From assembly GCF_902713615.1 (NCBI RefSeq), contig NW_024055728.1, positions 4,995,367 through 5,059,366 of the forward strand: 64,000 nt of DNA. Reading direction: 5' to 3'. The notes under the pieces were generated by a model. The model worked only from the letters and a program-made list of their open reading frames with translations, was not told where the DNA came from and did not search any database. Made by a program: the position numbers and the translations under genes. Numbering within the stretch: position 1 is the first letter of the stretch; every line of letters begins with the position of its first letter. The stretch is from Scyliorhinus canicula. Taxonomy: Eukaryota. Below, piece after piece: positions 46,861-60,900 of the stretch.

Positions 46861-47132
46861 TGGGGAGGCAGTGGCGTAGTGGAACACTGAAATAATTTGC
46901 TAGGGACCCAGCATAATGCGCAGGGGACCTATGTTCAACTCCCACCACTGTAGATGGTGAAATTTAATTTCAATAAAACTCTGGATATAAAAGTCTAACG
47001 ATGACCATAAAATCACAAAAAATGCCTGGTTCATTAAGGTCCTTTAGAGAGGAAAGCTGCTGCCCTTACCTTGCCTGGACTACATATAACTCCAGACTAA
47101 TAGTAATATAATTGACTCTTAACTGCCCTCCT
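46861..47132 (+). mobile_element. Deu-domain SINE (SacSINE1/AmnSINE1-related)
   Basis: ggggaggcagtggcgtagtgg head; ctggttcattaaggtcctttagagaggaaagctgctgcccttaccttgcctggactacat...ttgactcttaactgccctc matches the Deu domain as I recall it. Confidence 0.7.
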
Positions 47133-47149
47133 CAAAGGACACTGCGTTT

Positions 47150-50100
47150 CGGACACAGTGGCGCATCGGGGAAGGTGACATTTTCTTGCAGGCGGTCACA
47201 CCCCGTAGATTAAGTATTTCAAAAATGGTTAGTAGTCAGGGCCTGGAGGGAGCAATGAGGCACGTGGACAAAAAAATCGATTATTGTCACAAGAATCCCG
47301 AATTCAGGAACGGTCCTTGCCCAACAGGTATGAAGTAATTCTCCTTTGTCCAGGTGAGGAAAAGGGCTTTTGGGAGGATCAGCTTGCTGACCACTGCACC
47401 GTGCTACACGTGTGGGCAGCAAAAAGACATGGAAGTTGTTGGAGGTACTATCATAGAGGGATTATTAACATCATTTGGAAACAGGATTGAGAGTCTGTAT
47501 GGTACGTTGCCTGTCCAGTCATCTGGTGAGGGACATCTCTAACGAGCTTGAGAGGAGGAGAATCAAGTTGTTGTTTTCCAGATTGGGTCAATCAACATAG
47601 GCGAGATAGGAAAGGAGACCTGTTCCGGGGATTTCAGGCACTTGGAACTAAATTCAAGAACGGGTCCTCAAGGGCTATAATCTCACGATTACTACCCAAG
47701 CCACTCGCGAATTAGCATAGGAATGAGAAAATTGGGGAAGGGAATAAGTAGCTGAAGGACTGGTGCGGGAAAGATTGGTTCCTTTTCATGGGACAGTGAC
47801 ATCGGTATAGGAACAGGTGGGTTCTATACCGTTGGTACGGTCATCGCCTGAACTGATCGGCGACCAGTGACCAAGTTGAAATGATAAATAGGGTGGTCAC
47901 AAGAACTTTAAACTCGCAACGGGTTGCGGGGGTGGGGGGAGGGGGTTGGGCTGAACCTCCGGGAAGGATAATGGCTAATGAGAAGCAAAGCGGCAACTTA
48001 TAATGTGGGGAGGAGGATTCAACTACAGGGGAACTGATGAAAAAAGTTAAAGAGAAGAATAATTCAGGCTATGTTATTAATGGAGGTGTTAGGATTCAAA
48101 GAGAAGGTAAAACAAACTAGCATTAGAGCACCTCATCTGAATGTTAGTAGCATTTTAAACAAAGTGAAGTTGTTGATGGCACAAATCATTGCGAATGAGT
48201 GTGATTTAATGGCAGAGTCATGGTTGCAGTGTGGTCACGACTGGCAGTTAAATATCCAGTGGAATCAGACAATTCGGAAGAACAGTCAGGAAGTTAAGGG
48301 AGGTGGTGTAGCTCTGATATTTAAGGATGGCATCAGGGCCGTACTGCGAGTTGATGTTGGTTCTATGGAGAAAATGGTTGAATCCATTTGGGAGAAAATT
48401 AGAAATAATAAGAAAAGGTGGCTGATTGGCGTAGTTTATTGACCACCAAATAATATTACGGCAGTTGTCATGGAGGATTTTAAACTAAATGTCGACTGGA
48501 CAAGCCAAGTTGTTCAAGGCAGCCTTGAGGATGAGCTAATGGAATATATGTGCAACATTTTACACGAACGGTATGTAATGGAACCTACGAGGGAGCAAGC
48601 TACTCTCTATCTAGACCTGTGTAGTGAGGCAGGAATACATAATGCTCTAAAAGCAAATTCCTGTGGATGCTGGAATCAGAAACGAAAGAGAAAATGCTGG
48701 AAAATCTCACCAGGTCTGGCATGATCTGTAGGTAGAGAAAAGCACTAACGTTTCGAGTCCAATGACTCTTTGTCAAAGCAGTTGCCCCTTTGTGAAATAC
48801 ATAATGATCTCCTAGTTAGGGATGCTTTCGGAAGGAACAATCGTAGTATGGTTCAATATAATACACAGATGAAAGGTGAGAAGGTAAAATCCAATACCAG
48901 TGTCTTGCAATTAAACAAAGGAGACTACAGTTGGTAATAGGTTGACGGGTTATGGATGATGGGCAGGAGAATGGATTTGAAACTAGCATTGGATCAGCCA
49001 TGATCACATTGAGGGCGATTCGGCTCGCGTGGCTAAATTTCCTATTCCTGCTCCGAGGTGATGTTTTCTAGGGAGGAGATGACCTGGCTGATTTCGCAAT
49101 CTAGCTCCAGGACTGTAACATCGTAGGTAGCAGATGAGGAACATATCAGCCATGATAGAATGGAGGAGCAGACTCGATGGGCCGAACAGCCTAATTCTGC
49201 TCCTATATCTTATGAACTTGTGAACTTATGAACAATTAGATGAGGGCGTGATTGGCGAAGGTAGACTGGGAGCAAAGACGTTATGGTGGGACAGTGGAGG
49301 AACAGTAGAAGGCTTTCAAAGCGATGTTTCACAGTGCTCAGAAATCGTATATACCACTGAAAAGGAAGGACTGCAGGAAAAGGGCTAATCAGCCATGGAT
49401 ATCTAAGGAAATAAAGGAGGGTATCAACTTGAAAAAAAAGGCGGACAAAGTGCCAAAGATAAGTTGGAAACAAGAGGATTTGGAAATATTTAACTATCAA
49501 AAGAAAGCCAAGAAGAAAAGCGATAAAGAAATGTACAACAGATTACGAGAGCAAACTCGGTCAAAATATTGGAGAAAAAAACAGGTGCAAAATGTTTCTA
49601 AAAATGTATAAAAAGAAAAAGAGTGGTTGAGGAAAACATTAGTCCTTTGGATATTGATAAGATTTAATAAAGGGAAATCAGAAAATATCTGAAACATTGA
49701 ACAGGTATTCAATATCGGTCTTCACAGTGGAAGATATAAATAACTTGCCAATAATTGACGGCAAAGACGTTATGGCAGGTTAGGATGTAATAACGGTCAT
49801 TATCATTAAGGAGGTAGTGTTTGGCAATCTAATGGCGCTACACGGTGACAAAGGTCGGAGATCACACTACGATTAGTGGTAAAGTATGCAAAGTACACTG
49901 AAAACTGCAGAGGGATATGAGTAGTTTAGGTGAGTGTTCAAGGGCCTGGCAGATAGAATAAAACGTTGGGAAATATGAGGAAATTATTTTTTGCCAGAAT
50001 AACAGCAAAATGGACTATTATTTAAATGAGAAAAAAATGAAGCATAGTGTTTTACAGAGGGACCTCGATTTTCTTGTGCATGAAACGCAAAATGTTGGTT

Positions 50101-50770
50101 TGCAGGAAAAGTAGGCATTTAAAAAGGCAAATGGAATGTTGTCCTTCATTGATACAAGGATATTTTAAAACAGAGAGGTTATGTTGCAGTTGTAAAGGGT
50201 GCTGGTCAGGCCACCCCTAGAAAGTTGTGTACAGTTTGGTCTCCTACTTGACAAAGGATGGACGAGACTAGAGGGGGGTGCGGAGGTCATACACTAGGTT
50301 CATTGCGGAGTTGAGAGGATTGGCTTACGAGGCGAAACTGAGTAGACTGAGACTATATTCATTGGAATTTAGATGAAGGAGATCTGATGGAATCATATAA
50401 AATTATGAAGGTAATTGTTAAGACATAAGCAGGGAGGTGTGTCCAATGGGGGGGGGGGGTGAAACTAAACCGAGGGGGCATAACCTTTAAAATAGGGGGG
50501 GTGGCGGTTTAGGACTGAGTTGAGGAGGCACCTCTTCACCCAGAGGGTTGTAAATCTGTGCAATTCCCTGCTGAGTGAAGCAGTTGAGGAGACCTCTTTG
50601 TACGATTTTAAGGACCAGATAGGTAGATGTTGAAACAGTAAAGGAATTGCGGTTATGGTGAGCGGGCGGTTAAGTGGAGCTGAGTGGACAAAAAGTTATG
50701 GTCTGATTGGTTGGCGGAGCAGAGTCGGCGGTCCAGATGGCCTATTCCTGCTCCTATTTCATCTGTTCTT
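47150..50770 (+). mobile_element. Long decayed CR1 including the ORF1 SGNH-esterase region, ORF2 remnants and 3' tail
   Basis: VVVFQIGSINIG (V.HIGTNDIG-like), AESWL, KGGGVAL, EDFKL, EPTREQATL and RT C-terminal remnants; tail cctattcctgctcctatttc. Confidence 0.8.
48645..48795 (+). mobile_element. Short insertion (Penelope-end-like) flanked by the 11-bp direct repeat aatacataatg
   Basis: gcaaattcctgtggatgctggaatcagaaac...ctaacgtttcgagtcc; related pieces at about 105-215, 2600-2790, 23755-23835 and 51795-51920. Confidence 0.55.
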
Positions 50771-50879
50771 AAGTGAGTGCAAATAGGGATAGGAAATAAA
50801 TGCTGGCACAGCCTGTCGGTACTGTATTTAAAAAAAAGATTGAATATAAGTCGGATAGAAGAAGGGACAGTATTGTAAT

Positions 50880-52460
50880 CCTTGAAAGTGAGTGAGTTAC
50901 ATGGGTAATTCCAATGTACAAGAGACTATTAATAGAAGCCAGAGTGAACATAACCAACATTTTGACCACGGTTTAGAATCCTCACTCGGTGCAGCTCCTC
51001 AGTCTTGTGCACTGCAACTTTACTTAAAAATAGTCTGAGGGGACACCTTAAATGACAGGTAGTTCATCTAACCACGATAGAGGGCTAATAATTGGAAAAA
51101 AAATTATGTGAGACAGGAAAAAGTATTCTTAGAAGGGAATGGCCAAAGAGAAGATGGTTTGCAGATTTTCCTTCCGGAGATATTGTGACCGAACATATGG
51201 GTTGAAATTTTGAGGAGGAAGTCAGCAGGAGTTGTAATGAGCTGAATGCAGTTTATATGAACTCGTTGGACGTTTTCAAGTTTTTCAAAGGAAGGCTGGT
51301 TCAAAAATTGGAGTCAATGGGATCAGGGAGAATGTGACCAGCTCGATACCAGATTGCGTAGTGGCAGGAAAACAGTGCAGTGGTTGTAAAGGTTGTGCGA
51401 AGATATTTCTGTGTGTGATTCCGCAGTGTTTAGTTACAGATTCTCCACGTTGTCTTGAGTAAATTCATTAATTGGACTTAATCATCAAGATGTTTACAGA
51501 GAAGGCAAACTTCACCGCATGGTCGACAATGAGGATAGACCTGGATAATGAAATCCGATATCATTAATTGTTCCAGTGTGCAGATAATCGGATAATGATA
51601 TTCAACACGGAAAAGTGAAATGTGATTCATTGAAAGGTCAGACTGGACGAAAGATGGCACTGACACGGGATAATACCGATGTCTAGATGAATTGTGAAAC
51701 GATGATGTATGCGGTCACAGTTACATGAATGTAGCAGGGAAGGTGGATTACGCAGTGAAGAAGGCAGATGGGACATTATTCTGTTTTACCTAAATAAAAT
51801 ACTGTGGATGTTGGAAATCTGGATTAAACCCAGGAAGTGCAGGAAAACGCATACCATGTGGCAGCATTTGTGATGGGGAACAGAATTACCGTTCCCCGTC
51901 CAATGTGACTCCTCTGAGGAATTAAAGAGAGGAGCAATTCCCTCCCTTAAGGTATATACCATAAGAGTAAAGAGATTATGCTGGACAGATTGTAATGTCA
52001 CTCGGGCCACAATTTGAACACTACCTTCTGTTTTTTGACCTCATTACAGAAATGTTGTAGTTGCGCAAAGGAGGACGGGGTTCCAGAGGAAATTAACGAT
52101 GATCTTTTCGGAAGTACAACGTTGGAATTCTGAGGAAAGGTTGCAGGGGGTGCTGTTGATTTCCTTAGAACAGGGGAACTCATGATGGGCTTTGATTGAA
52201 GTGTGTAAGGTTGTGAGTCGCCTGCATATAGTGAAATGGAGGAAACTTTGAGGGGTAAACAATTATTGTCCATAGATTTAAAATGAAACGCTGAAGAATG
52301 ACAGTGGAGCAAAGCATTTTAATATTAAAGAAATTGAAGGCTTTGATCTCGACAGCGTTCCCTGAACTCATTTAAATGTAGCTGGCATAAGGCCCATTGG
52401 ACAAAAAAAAAGAATGTCAGGTTTAGCGGCTGCGTGCTGGGAAATGGCATTAGTCCGTCC
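50880..52460 (+). mobile_element. Very old CR1 RT remnant
   Basis: Scattered RT and C-terminal motif remnants. Confidence 0.5.
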
Positions 52461-53477
52461 GGCGCGTTTTACAGCCTGCCTAGCGAAATACGTTCTACAT
52501 GTTCAGATTTTCTGACGACCTGAACGGGATAAGAACCTGTGGAGAGAGATGGGGAATGGCAGTGCAGTTGAGATTTTTAATAGAGATATTAAGAGCATAG
52601 TGTGCCGAATGACCTTCAACTCTGATGTATACCTTCTCTAATTATATAATTCTGGAAACTGTTAATGGTGATAGAGAAACAGCAGCCAGTGTTCCACTGA
52701 ACGTGACAGCGCATCGGACCACCAAAATGGGTAAACGTTTCAGGAAACTGAGAAATGAATCTCTACATGATACTCTATGGATACTGCTCCGAATTATAAA
52801 GCAATTATAGGGTAACTGAAGAGCTTGACTGAATTAAAATATGATGATTAAAAAGCAACTAAAGCATCAATGCAAATGATCCTTGGCGTCACAGGAATTT
52901 TCACCAGCCTTATTCTTTCAAAGGATGCTTGCTGATAATTAATGATAGGTAATACTAACTGAAAGATTATCCTCCCAACTTAATCCAAAATTAGCATTGT
53001 AATATTCTCCATTAAATGTTTTAGTAAGTATCCCATCCATACACAAGGACAGACAACATGATTCCTGAGCAATATTGGTGCCACAACTGGCTACTGGATT
53101 TAGGCGCCCAGAAATAACTCGTTGTTCTGTGTTCTACACTTGTTGAATTCACTAAAGCATCAGAAACTGGCGCGCACACAAACGATGCAGACTTCAGATG
53201 AAGCCACACCGATCTAAAAGCTTAAATTAATATTTAATTGCATGCAGCGTTGGACGTACAGGGCAAAAAGACGTATAGAAGAACATCTCTATATTATTTT
53301 ATATTAGCTTTTAGGGTTCAAATCTGAGTTTGAGACATATATCACAGGAACCCTATTTCAATCAGATGCCAAAATAACAAAGGCAACAATCCTCATATGA
53401 AAATAACTAAAGCAACATTACATCAACGCACAATTTATATGTTAATGTCATTTAATTCCCTCGAATACCCTGTTATT

Positions 53478-53700
53478 TAAAATAAATTTAGAGTAGCCAA
53501 TTATTTTTCTTTTCCAGTTAAGTGGCAAATTAAAGTGGCCAGTCCACATAACCTGCACATTTTTCGGTTGTGGGGGTGAAACCCAAGCAGAAACCGGGAG
53601 AATGTGCAAACTTCACACGGACAGTGACCTAGGGCCGGGATTCGGACCCGAGTCCTCAGCGCCGCATTGCCAGTGCTAACCACTGCGCCACGTGCCGCCC
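53478..53700 (-). mobile_element. A-tailed short V-SINE
   Basis: aaatttagagtagccaattattttt...ggacagtgacc...cactgcgccacgtgccgcccc. Confidence 0.85.
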
Positions 53701-54546
53701 CCCCCCCCCACGAACAGCCAGCTTGAGTAAAATCCGCTAATTCTAATATGACTATTGCATCTGAGCTCGAGTTCGGTAAATTTGTTTCACAAAACAGCGT
53801 GCATATCACGTTGTGTGCACTGTAGTATGATCTGCAGTAAAACAAATCCTTTAAACGTTCAAAAAACAGGACCTGATCTGCAAAGTAGTTCTAGGTAGTA
53901 AATATCAAGTTAGTTAAAAGTATGAAGTGTGCAACCTTGGTTCGCTGTCATGTATCAATTTAACAATAAATTGCCAACGGTAAACATCAGTAAACATGAT
54001 GAGAATACAAACTGGAAATCATGAACCGAGACATCGGGACAAACTCAATAATCACTGTGCAGCAGGTCGAACACATTCAAAAATCTCTTTTAACGCTGCC
54101 GATTATTCAAGAAACGTTTGTGGCATGTTTTACGGTGTCGAGATACATTAATTGATCCATGATTGTTCCACATCACATGTACTGTTCAGAAATCTTAAAA
54201 ATATTACAAATGAGCACATTATGAACTTGCCGCTATTTAGAAAAAAAACGAATTAACACAATACTTGAGGAGGTCTAATAGATTTGGAAAGATTAGGCAT
54301 TTTGATATTGCACCTGGCCATCATTATACGAAAGCTTAATACAAACTGAAACATGTATTGATTCAGCATTTTGTTCATATTTATCGGGGAATAAGCATTG
54401 GAAATTTTCGACATCAAAACGGTGAATAAAGTTATTTTTTCCGGCTCAGCTGGCTGTATCATACAAGGATCAGTCGGTGCATGTACCGACAAATATATCC
54501 GCCATAAATGTGTATGTGGGTTCCGCCAGTAGCAGGTGCAGCTTTG

Positions 54547-55900
54547 ACTGATGTTCTTCTCTCAGTTTGTTCACTTACACCAAGGCTGTGAACACTTTAT
54601 GTAACAACGACTACGCTCAACATGTAACCCGGCAGATTACAACTATCTGATTAAAATTGCCAATCAGATGGGGTTTGCTTCCACAAGATCAACATGGAAC
54701 ATTTTGAAATACACTGTATTAGCTCTTGTCTAATTTGAGGCGAAAATTAATTTCCGTAGAAAACTCAAAATGACATGAATAGGCAGTCTGTTTTTCAATT
54801 CAGAGAACCCACTTTTTCCAATTAAGGGGCAATTTAGCGTTGCCAGTCCACCGACCTGCACATATTTGGGTTGTGGAGGCGAAATCCACGCAACACGGGG
54901 AGAATGTGCAAACTCCACACGGACAGTGAGCCTGAGCCGGGATCGAACCTGGGAGCTCAGCGCCGTGAGGCAGCACTACTAACTGTGCCACGGTGCTGAC
55001 CAGGCAAAATTGACCAATATCAAAATATTTAAATTATGTTTAATGACATCGACAGAATGGGAGATCACTCAGTTATTTACTGACTGGAGTTTTCAAACAA
55101 CAATAACATCAAACATATGTTTTAAGGGCAAGTGTGTAATTACGTGAAATCACGTCGACATTTGGCCCATCGAGCATGCAGAGGCCCTGCGAAGCCCAAT
55201 CTCCCGCACTTTCTCTCTAACCTCACCTAACTTTTTGGACACAGGGGCAATCCATCCAACCTGCACATTTTTGGACCTTGGAAGGAAACTGGAGCATCCA
55301 GAGGAAACCCAGGCAGGCACTGGGATAAATTGCAAACTCCACACAGACAGTCAGCCGAGTTCGGAGTCGAACCGGGTTCCTGGCGCCTTGAGGCAGTAGT
55401 GCTAACCACTGTGTCACCGTGCAACACGTTGTTTAAAAGAGATTGATGAATAAGTGCCGATTTCGCATTATGCCCCATGTTGGAGAACATTAAATGATCC
55501 TGGGTCACTACCCAATTATCTGAATTTGGAAATTGAATTTATGGTTAACATTCATGGTTTCACGCCACAACCCAAAGATGTGCCGGTAGGTGGATTGACA
55601 ACGCTAATTTGCCCCTTAATTGGAAAAAAGCGGGTTCTCTGAATTGAAAATAAACTTTGCCTATTCATGTCAGTTTGAGTTTCCGACCGAAATTAATTTT
55701 CGCCTCAAATTAGTCAAGAGCTAATGCAATGTATTTCAAAATGTTCCATGTTGATCTTGTGGATGCAAATCCCATCTGATTTACAATGTTAATCGGACAG
55801 TTGTAATCTGCCGGGTTACATGTTGGGCGTGGTCTTGTTACAAAAAGTCTTCACTGCCTTTGTGCAAGTGAACAAACTGAGAGCAGAACATGGTTTCAGT
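54547..55900. repeat. Inverted duplication with arms 54547-54890 and 55554-55900; V-SINEs lie at 54790-55000 and 55150-55425
   Basis: For example aacatgtaacccggcagattacaact versus agttgtaatctgccgggttacatgtt; colinear over about 340 bp. Confidence 0.92.
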
Positions 55901-56769
55901 TCAGCGATCGCCTCTAAATACACAACATATATTCAGACAGAAAAGAATGCGGTGACTCTAGATATTTCACAATTATTTCGAACATTTTTGAGATTAATAT
56001 TAATAATTCATACGAGTGGGAAACAAATTGATGGTCCGAAATAATATCGTCTAGTTCCTCTGTATTAATAATCTTTGGCGTTACTCAACATTGGAACCAT
56101 GAGCAAAAACAATAAGTAATTTTCAATTGAAATCGCTTCATCAACCGGAGGAACAAGCCGTCTTTCTGACACACACCTGGAGAGAACACAATTGTGCCAG
56201 TGCACTTGTCTGATATTCCACACTCAGTGAGTTAACTTACAGCCCAAACTCTGCTACATGATTTTACAAAACTGACAAAGACCTATTACTACATTGATTA
56301 CGTTTGAATTCTGTACATTTTCTGCTTATTGATTTTGGTCAAAGTCGATGCCGAAATAATTCAGAGAGTGAATACACATTCCATATATATTCATCGCTCA
56401 GCGATTTGCAGGGTCTGATCTTTAAATTATTTTATTTATTAAATTATTTAAAAAATAAAATTATTTGGGAAATTATGACATTCCTCCAGCCAGTTTTAAG
56501 AATGAAATGGTTCAAATGTCAAATGGTGAAACATTATTTTTTACATATCTTTTAACTGTGTGATAACATTTCCTTTTCAGTCGAGCAGAACATATTATTA
56601 CTGGAGATTAGAGAACGTAAGTAAAATAAAACTGGTTAATGCATTCAATCGAATAACTAAGCACAAAAAAACCATCGAGCTGGAAGGAGATTTGCAAACA
56701 TATCCCCAGATTTGCTTAACAGAGCATGGAGCAAGTGGAAGGAGATTGAGCGACTTGATAATTACATAC

Positions 56770-57045
56770 TACAGTGATTAGCACTGCTGCCCCACAGTGC
56801 CTCGGAAATGGACCGAATGTGACCTTGGGTCACTGTCTGTGTGCACTTTGCACTTACTCCGCGTGTCTGTGTGGCTTTCCTCCGGGTGCTCCAGTTTGCT
56901 TCAAAGGTGTGCAGGTAAGGTGGATCGGCTATGCTAATTTGCCCTTTCTTGTTCAATGTGCAGGAAAGATGCGAGGGTGAGTTGCGTGGAGGAGTGGATC
57001 ATGGTAAAGTGCTCTTTCGTAGGGTCAGTGCATGACTCGATATAG
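56770..57045 (+). mobile_element. Degenerate V-SINE
   Basis: gtgattagcactgctgcc...ctccgggtgctccagttt...gctaatttgccc. Confidence 0.75.
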
Positions 57046-57900
57046 TTCCATATAAATGCATAGAATAGGCAGATGATTTAATAAACAATATGATTTCAAA
57101 TCTATCATCACAAACTAAACACAAATGTGCTAACCACTGTGCTACCGTCGCGTTAATATGTTAATTCAACTTTTTCCTTCACTGCCCTCCCTTCGTCAGG
57201 TAACAACAATAATTACTTTAGAAATGCATTTACTTTAAAACTGACCATCTTTTCAATAGACAGCCGAATAAATTCAATGATGCCACTCACAGTTTAGAAG
57301 TTGTAGAAGAAATAAGATTAGGAAGGATTGTAACATCATACCGGGCGCGGGTTACAGTGACGACCTTTAACAAATTCGGCTAACTAATACTGAGCTGTCC
57401 TTCCCAGCATCGTCCAAATGACCGTCTGATGCGGAAACCTGTGTTTTCTTATCCCTAACCAATAGATTTTCTCATGCAGGAACCGCGAGTCGCAGTCTGG
57501 TGAATTGCACCAATCAGAAATAATGCAACCAGAAATAGACACTTTGAACATTATTCCAACCATCAGCCTATCCTTTTTTTTTTTTTAAATAATTTTTATT
57601 GAAATTTTTCGATACAAACATTTACCCCTACTACATTTTAAATTATAACACAACAAATCCCCCCTGGAAAATCCTCCCCACACCCTGCCCCGCGCGCACC
57701 CCCCCCCCCCCACCCTCCCCTCCCCCCCCCCCCCCCCCGCGCTACCAGTCTAGCAACCAAACCGTTTTTCCCTTTCTGCCGATGGCCTCGGGCAGTCATT
57801 GCCCGCGACCCCCCGCTGACGTGCTCCCTTCGTTGCTATCCCCCCCCTCCCTTCCCCCCCCCCTTTCTCCCCGGGTTGCTGCTGTTTCGGCCTCCAGTTC

Positions 57901-60900
57901 CTATCTCTGATCCAGAAAGTCAAGGAAGGGCTGCCACCGCCGGAAGAACCCCTGTACCGACCCTCTCAGGGCGAATTTGATTCTTTCCAATTGGATGAAG
58001 CTTGCCATGTCGTTTAACCAGGTGTTAACACTTGGTGGCCTTGTGTCCCTCCACTGAATCAAGATCCTTCTCCGAGCTACCAAGGACGCAAAGGCCAATA
58101 TTCCGGCCTCCCTTGCCTCCTGTACTCCTGGCTCCACCCCAACCCCAAAAATCGCTAGCCCCCACCCTGGTTTGACCCTGGTTCCCACCACTCTCGATAC
58201 CGTCCCCGCCACCCCCTCCCAGAACTCTTCCAGTGCCGGGCACATCCAGAACATATGTACATGGTTCGCAGGGCTTCCCGAACACCTAACACACCTGTCC
58301 TCACCCCCGAAGAACCGACTCATCCTAGTCCCCGTCATATGGGCTCTGTGCAGCACCTTAAATTGGATGAGGCCCAACCTTGCGCACGACGACGACGAAT
58401 TGACCCTCTCTAAGGCATCCGCCCATGTCCCATCTTCTATCTGCTCTCCCAGCTCCGCTTCCCACTTGTCTTTCAGCTCCTCTATCGATACCTCCTCCAC
58501 CTCCTGCATTATTTTGTAGATGTCCGAGACCTTCCCTTCTCCGACCCAGACCCCTGACAGCACCCTATCACTCACCCCTCTATCGGGAAGCAAGGGAAAT
58601 CCTTCCACCTGTCGTCTGGCAAATGCCTTCACCTGCAGGTATCTAAACGTGTTCCCCGGGGGGAGCTCAAATTTCTCCTCCAGCTCTCCCAGGCTCGCAA
58701 ACCTCCCCTCTATGAACATGTCCCTCAGTTGCCTGATGCCCGCCCTGTGCCAGCTCTGGAATCCCCCGCCAGTGTTCCCCGGGACAAATCTGTGGTTCCC
58801 TCTCAGTGCCGCCGCCATCAGACCCCCCACTTCCCCCCTGTGTCGCCTCCACTGCCCCCAGATTTTAAGGGTGGCCGCCACTACCGGACTCGTGGTATAC
58901 CTTGTGGGGGGGAGCGGCCATGGTGCCGTTACTAGCGCCCCCAGGCTTGTATTGCCGCAGGACGCCCTCTCCATACGTTTCCAAGCTGCCCCCTCCCCCT
59001 CCATCACCCACTTGCGCACCATCGATGCGTTCGCCGCCCAGTAGTATCCGGAAAGATTGGGTAGCGCTAATCCTCCACTGTCCCTACTCCGTTCCAAGAA
59101 AATCCTTCTCACTCTAGGGGTGCCATGTGCCCACACATAGCCCATAATGCTGCTAGTTACCTTCTTGAAGAAGGCCCTGGGGAGAAAGATGGGCAAGCAC
59201 TGGAACAGAAACAAGAACCTCGGGAGGACCGTCATTTTGACTGACTGCACCCTCCCTGCTAGCGACAGCGGTACCATGTCCCACCTCTTGAACTCCTCCT
59301 CCATCTGCTCCACCAGCCTTGAAAAGTTCAGCTTGTGGAGGGTCCCCCAGTTCCTTGCCACCTGCACCCCCAAGTACCTGAAGCTCTTTACTGCTCTCTT
59401 AAAGGGGAGCCGCCCAATTCCCTCCCCCTGATCTCCTGGGTGTATCACAAAGACCTCACTTTTACCCACATTTAATTTATATCCCGAAAAGTCCCCAAAC
59501 TCCGCTAGTATTTCCATTACCTCCGGCATTCCCCCTTCCGGGTCCGCCACATATAACAACAAATCATCCGCATAGAGTGATACCCGATGTTCCTCCCCTC
59601 CCCTTGTCAGTCCTCTCCACCCCCCTGAACCCCTCAGTGCCATCGCCAACGGTTCGATCGCTAATGCAAATAGTAAGGGGGATAGGGGGCATCCCTGCCT
59701 GGTACCTCGATGGAGCCCAAAATACTCTGACCTCCTCCCGTTTGTAACCACACTCGCCATCGGGGCCGAATACAGCAGCTTCACCCACTTGATAAATCCC
59801 TCCCCAAACCCAAACCGTTCCAGCGTCTCCCACAGGTATTCCCACTCCACCCTATCGAATGCCTTCTCCGCATCCAGTGCTACCACTATCTCAGCCTCCC
59901 CCTCCACTGCTGGCATCATAATCACATTCAACAGTCTCCGGACATTTGTGTTAAGTTGTCGTCCCTTTACGAACCCCGTCTGGTCCTCATGGATTACCCC
60001 TGGCACACAATCCTCTATTCTGGTTGCCAGGACCTTTGCCAACAGTTTGGCATCTACATTCAAGAGGGAGATAGGCCTGTAGGACCCGCACTGTACAGGG
60101 TCTTTGTCCCGCTTCAGGATCAAGGAGATCAGGGCCTGTGACATTGTCGGGGGCAGAACCCCCCCCTCTCGCGCCTCATTGAAGGCTCGCACCAGCACTG
60201 GACCCACCAAGTCCACATACTTCTTATAAAATTCCACCGGGAACCCATCCGGCCCCGGCGCCTTCCCCGCCTGCATCTGGCCAATCCCTTTAACTAGCTC
60301 CTGCAGCTCTATCGGCGCCCCCAGCCCCTCCACCCGTTCCTCCTGGACCTTTGGGAACCTCAATCTATCGAGGAAGTTCTCCATTCCCCCCCTCCTCCTG
60401 GGCGGCTCGGACCGGTACAATTCCCTGTAGAAATCCCTGAAGACCCCGTTCACCTCTTGCCCCTTCTGCACTACGTTCCCTCCCTTCTCTCTCACTCCCC
60501 CAATCTCTCTGGCTGCATCTCGCTTGCGCAGCTGGTGTGCTAGCATCCTGCTCGCCTTTTCCCCGTACTCATAGACCACGCCCTGTGCCCTTCTCCATTG
60601 CGTCTCCGCCTTCCTAGTGGTCAGTAGGTCAAACTGGGCCTGTAAACTGCGCCGCTCCCTCAACAGCCCCTCCTCTGGTGTCTCCGCATATCTCCTGTCC
60701 ACTTCTATAAGTTCCCCCACCAGTCTCTCCCTCTCCTGCCTCTCCTTCCTTTCTCTGTGTGCCCTTATGGAGATCAGCTCTCCTCTGAACACTGCTTTCA
60801 GGGCCTCCCAGACTACCCCCACCTTCACCTCGCCCGTGTCGTTCGTGCCCAGATATCTCTCAATGCCCTTCCGGACCCTTCCGCACACCTCATCGTCCGC

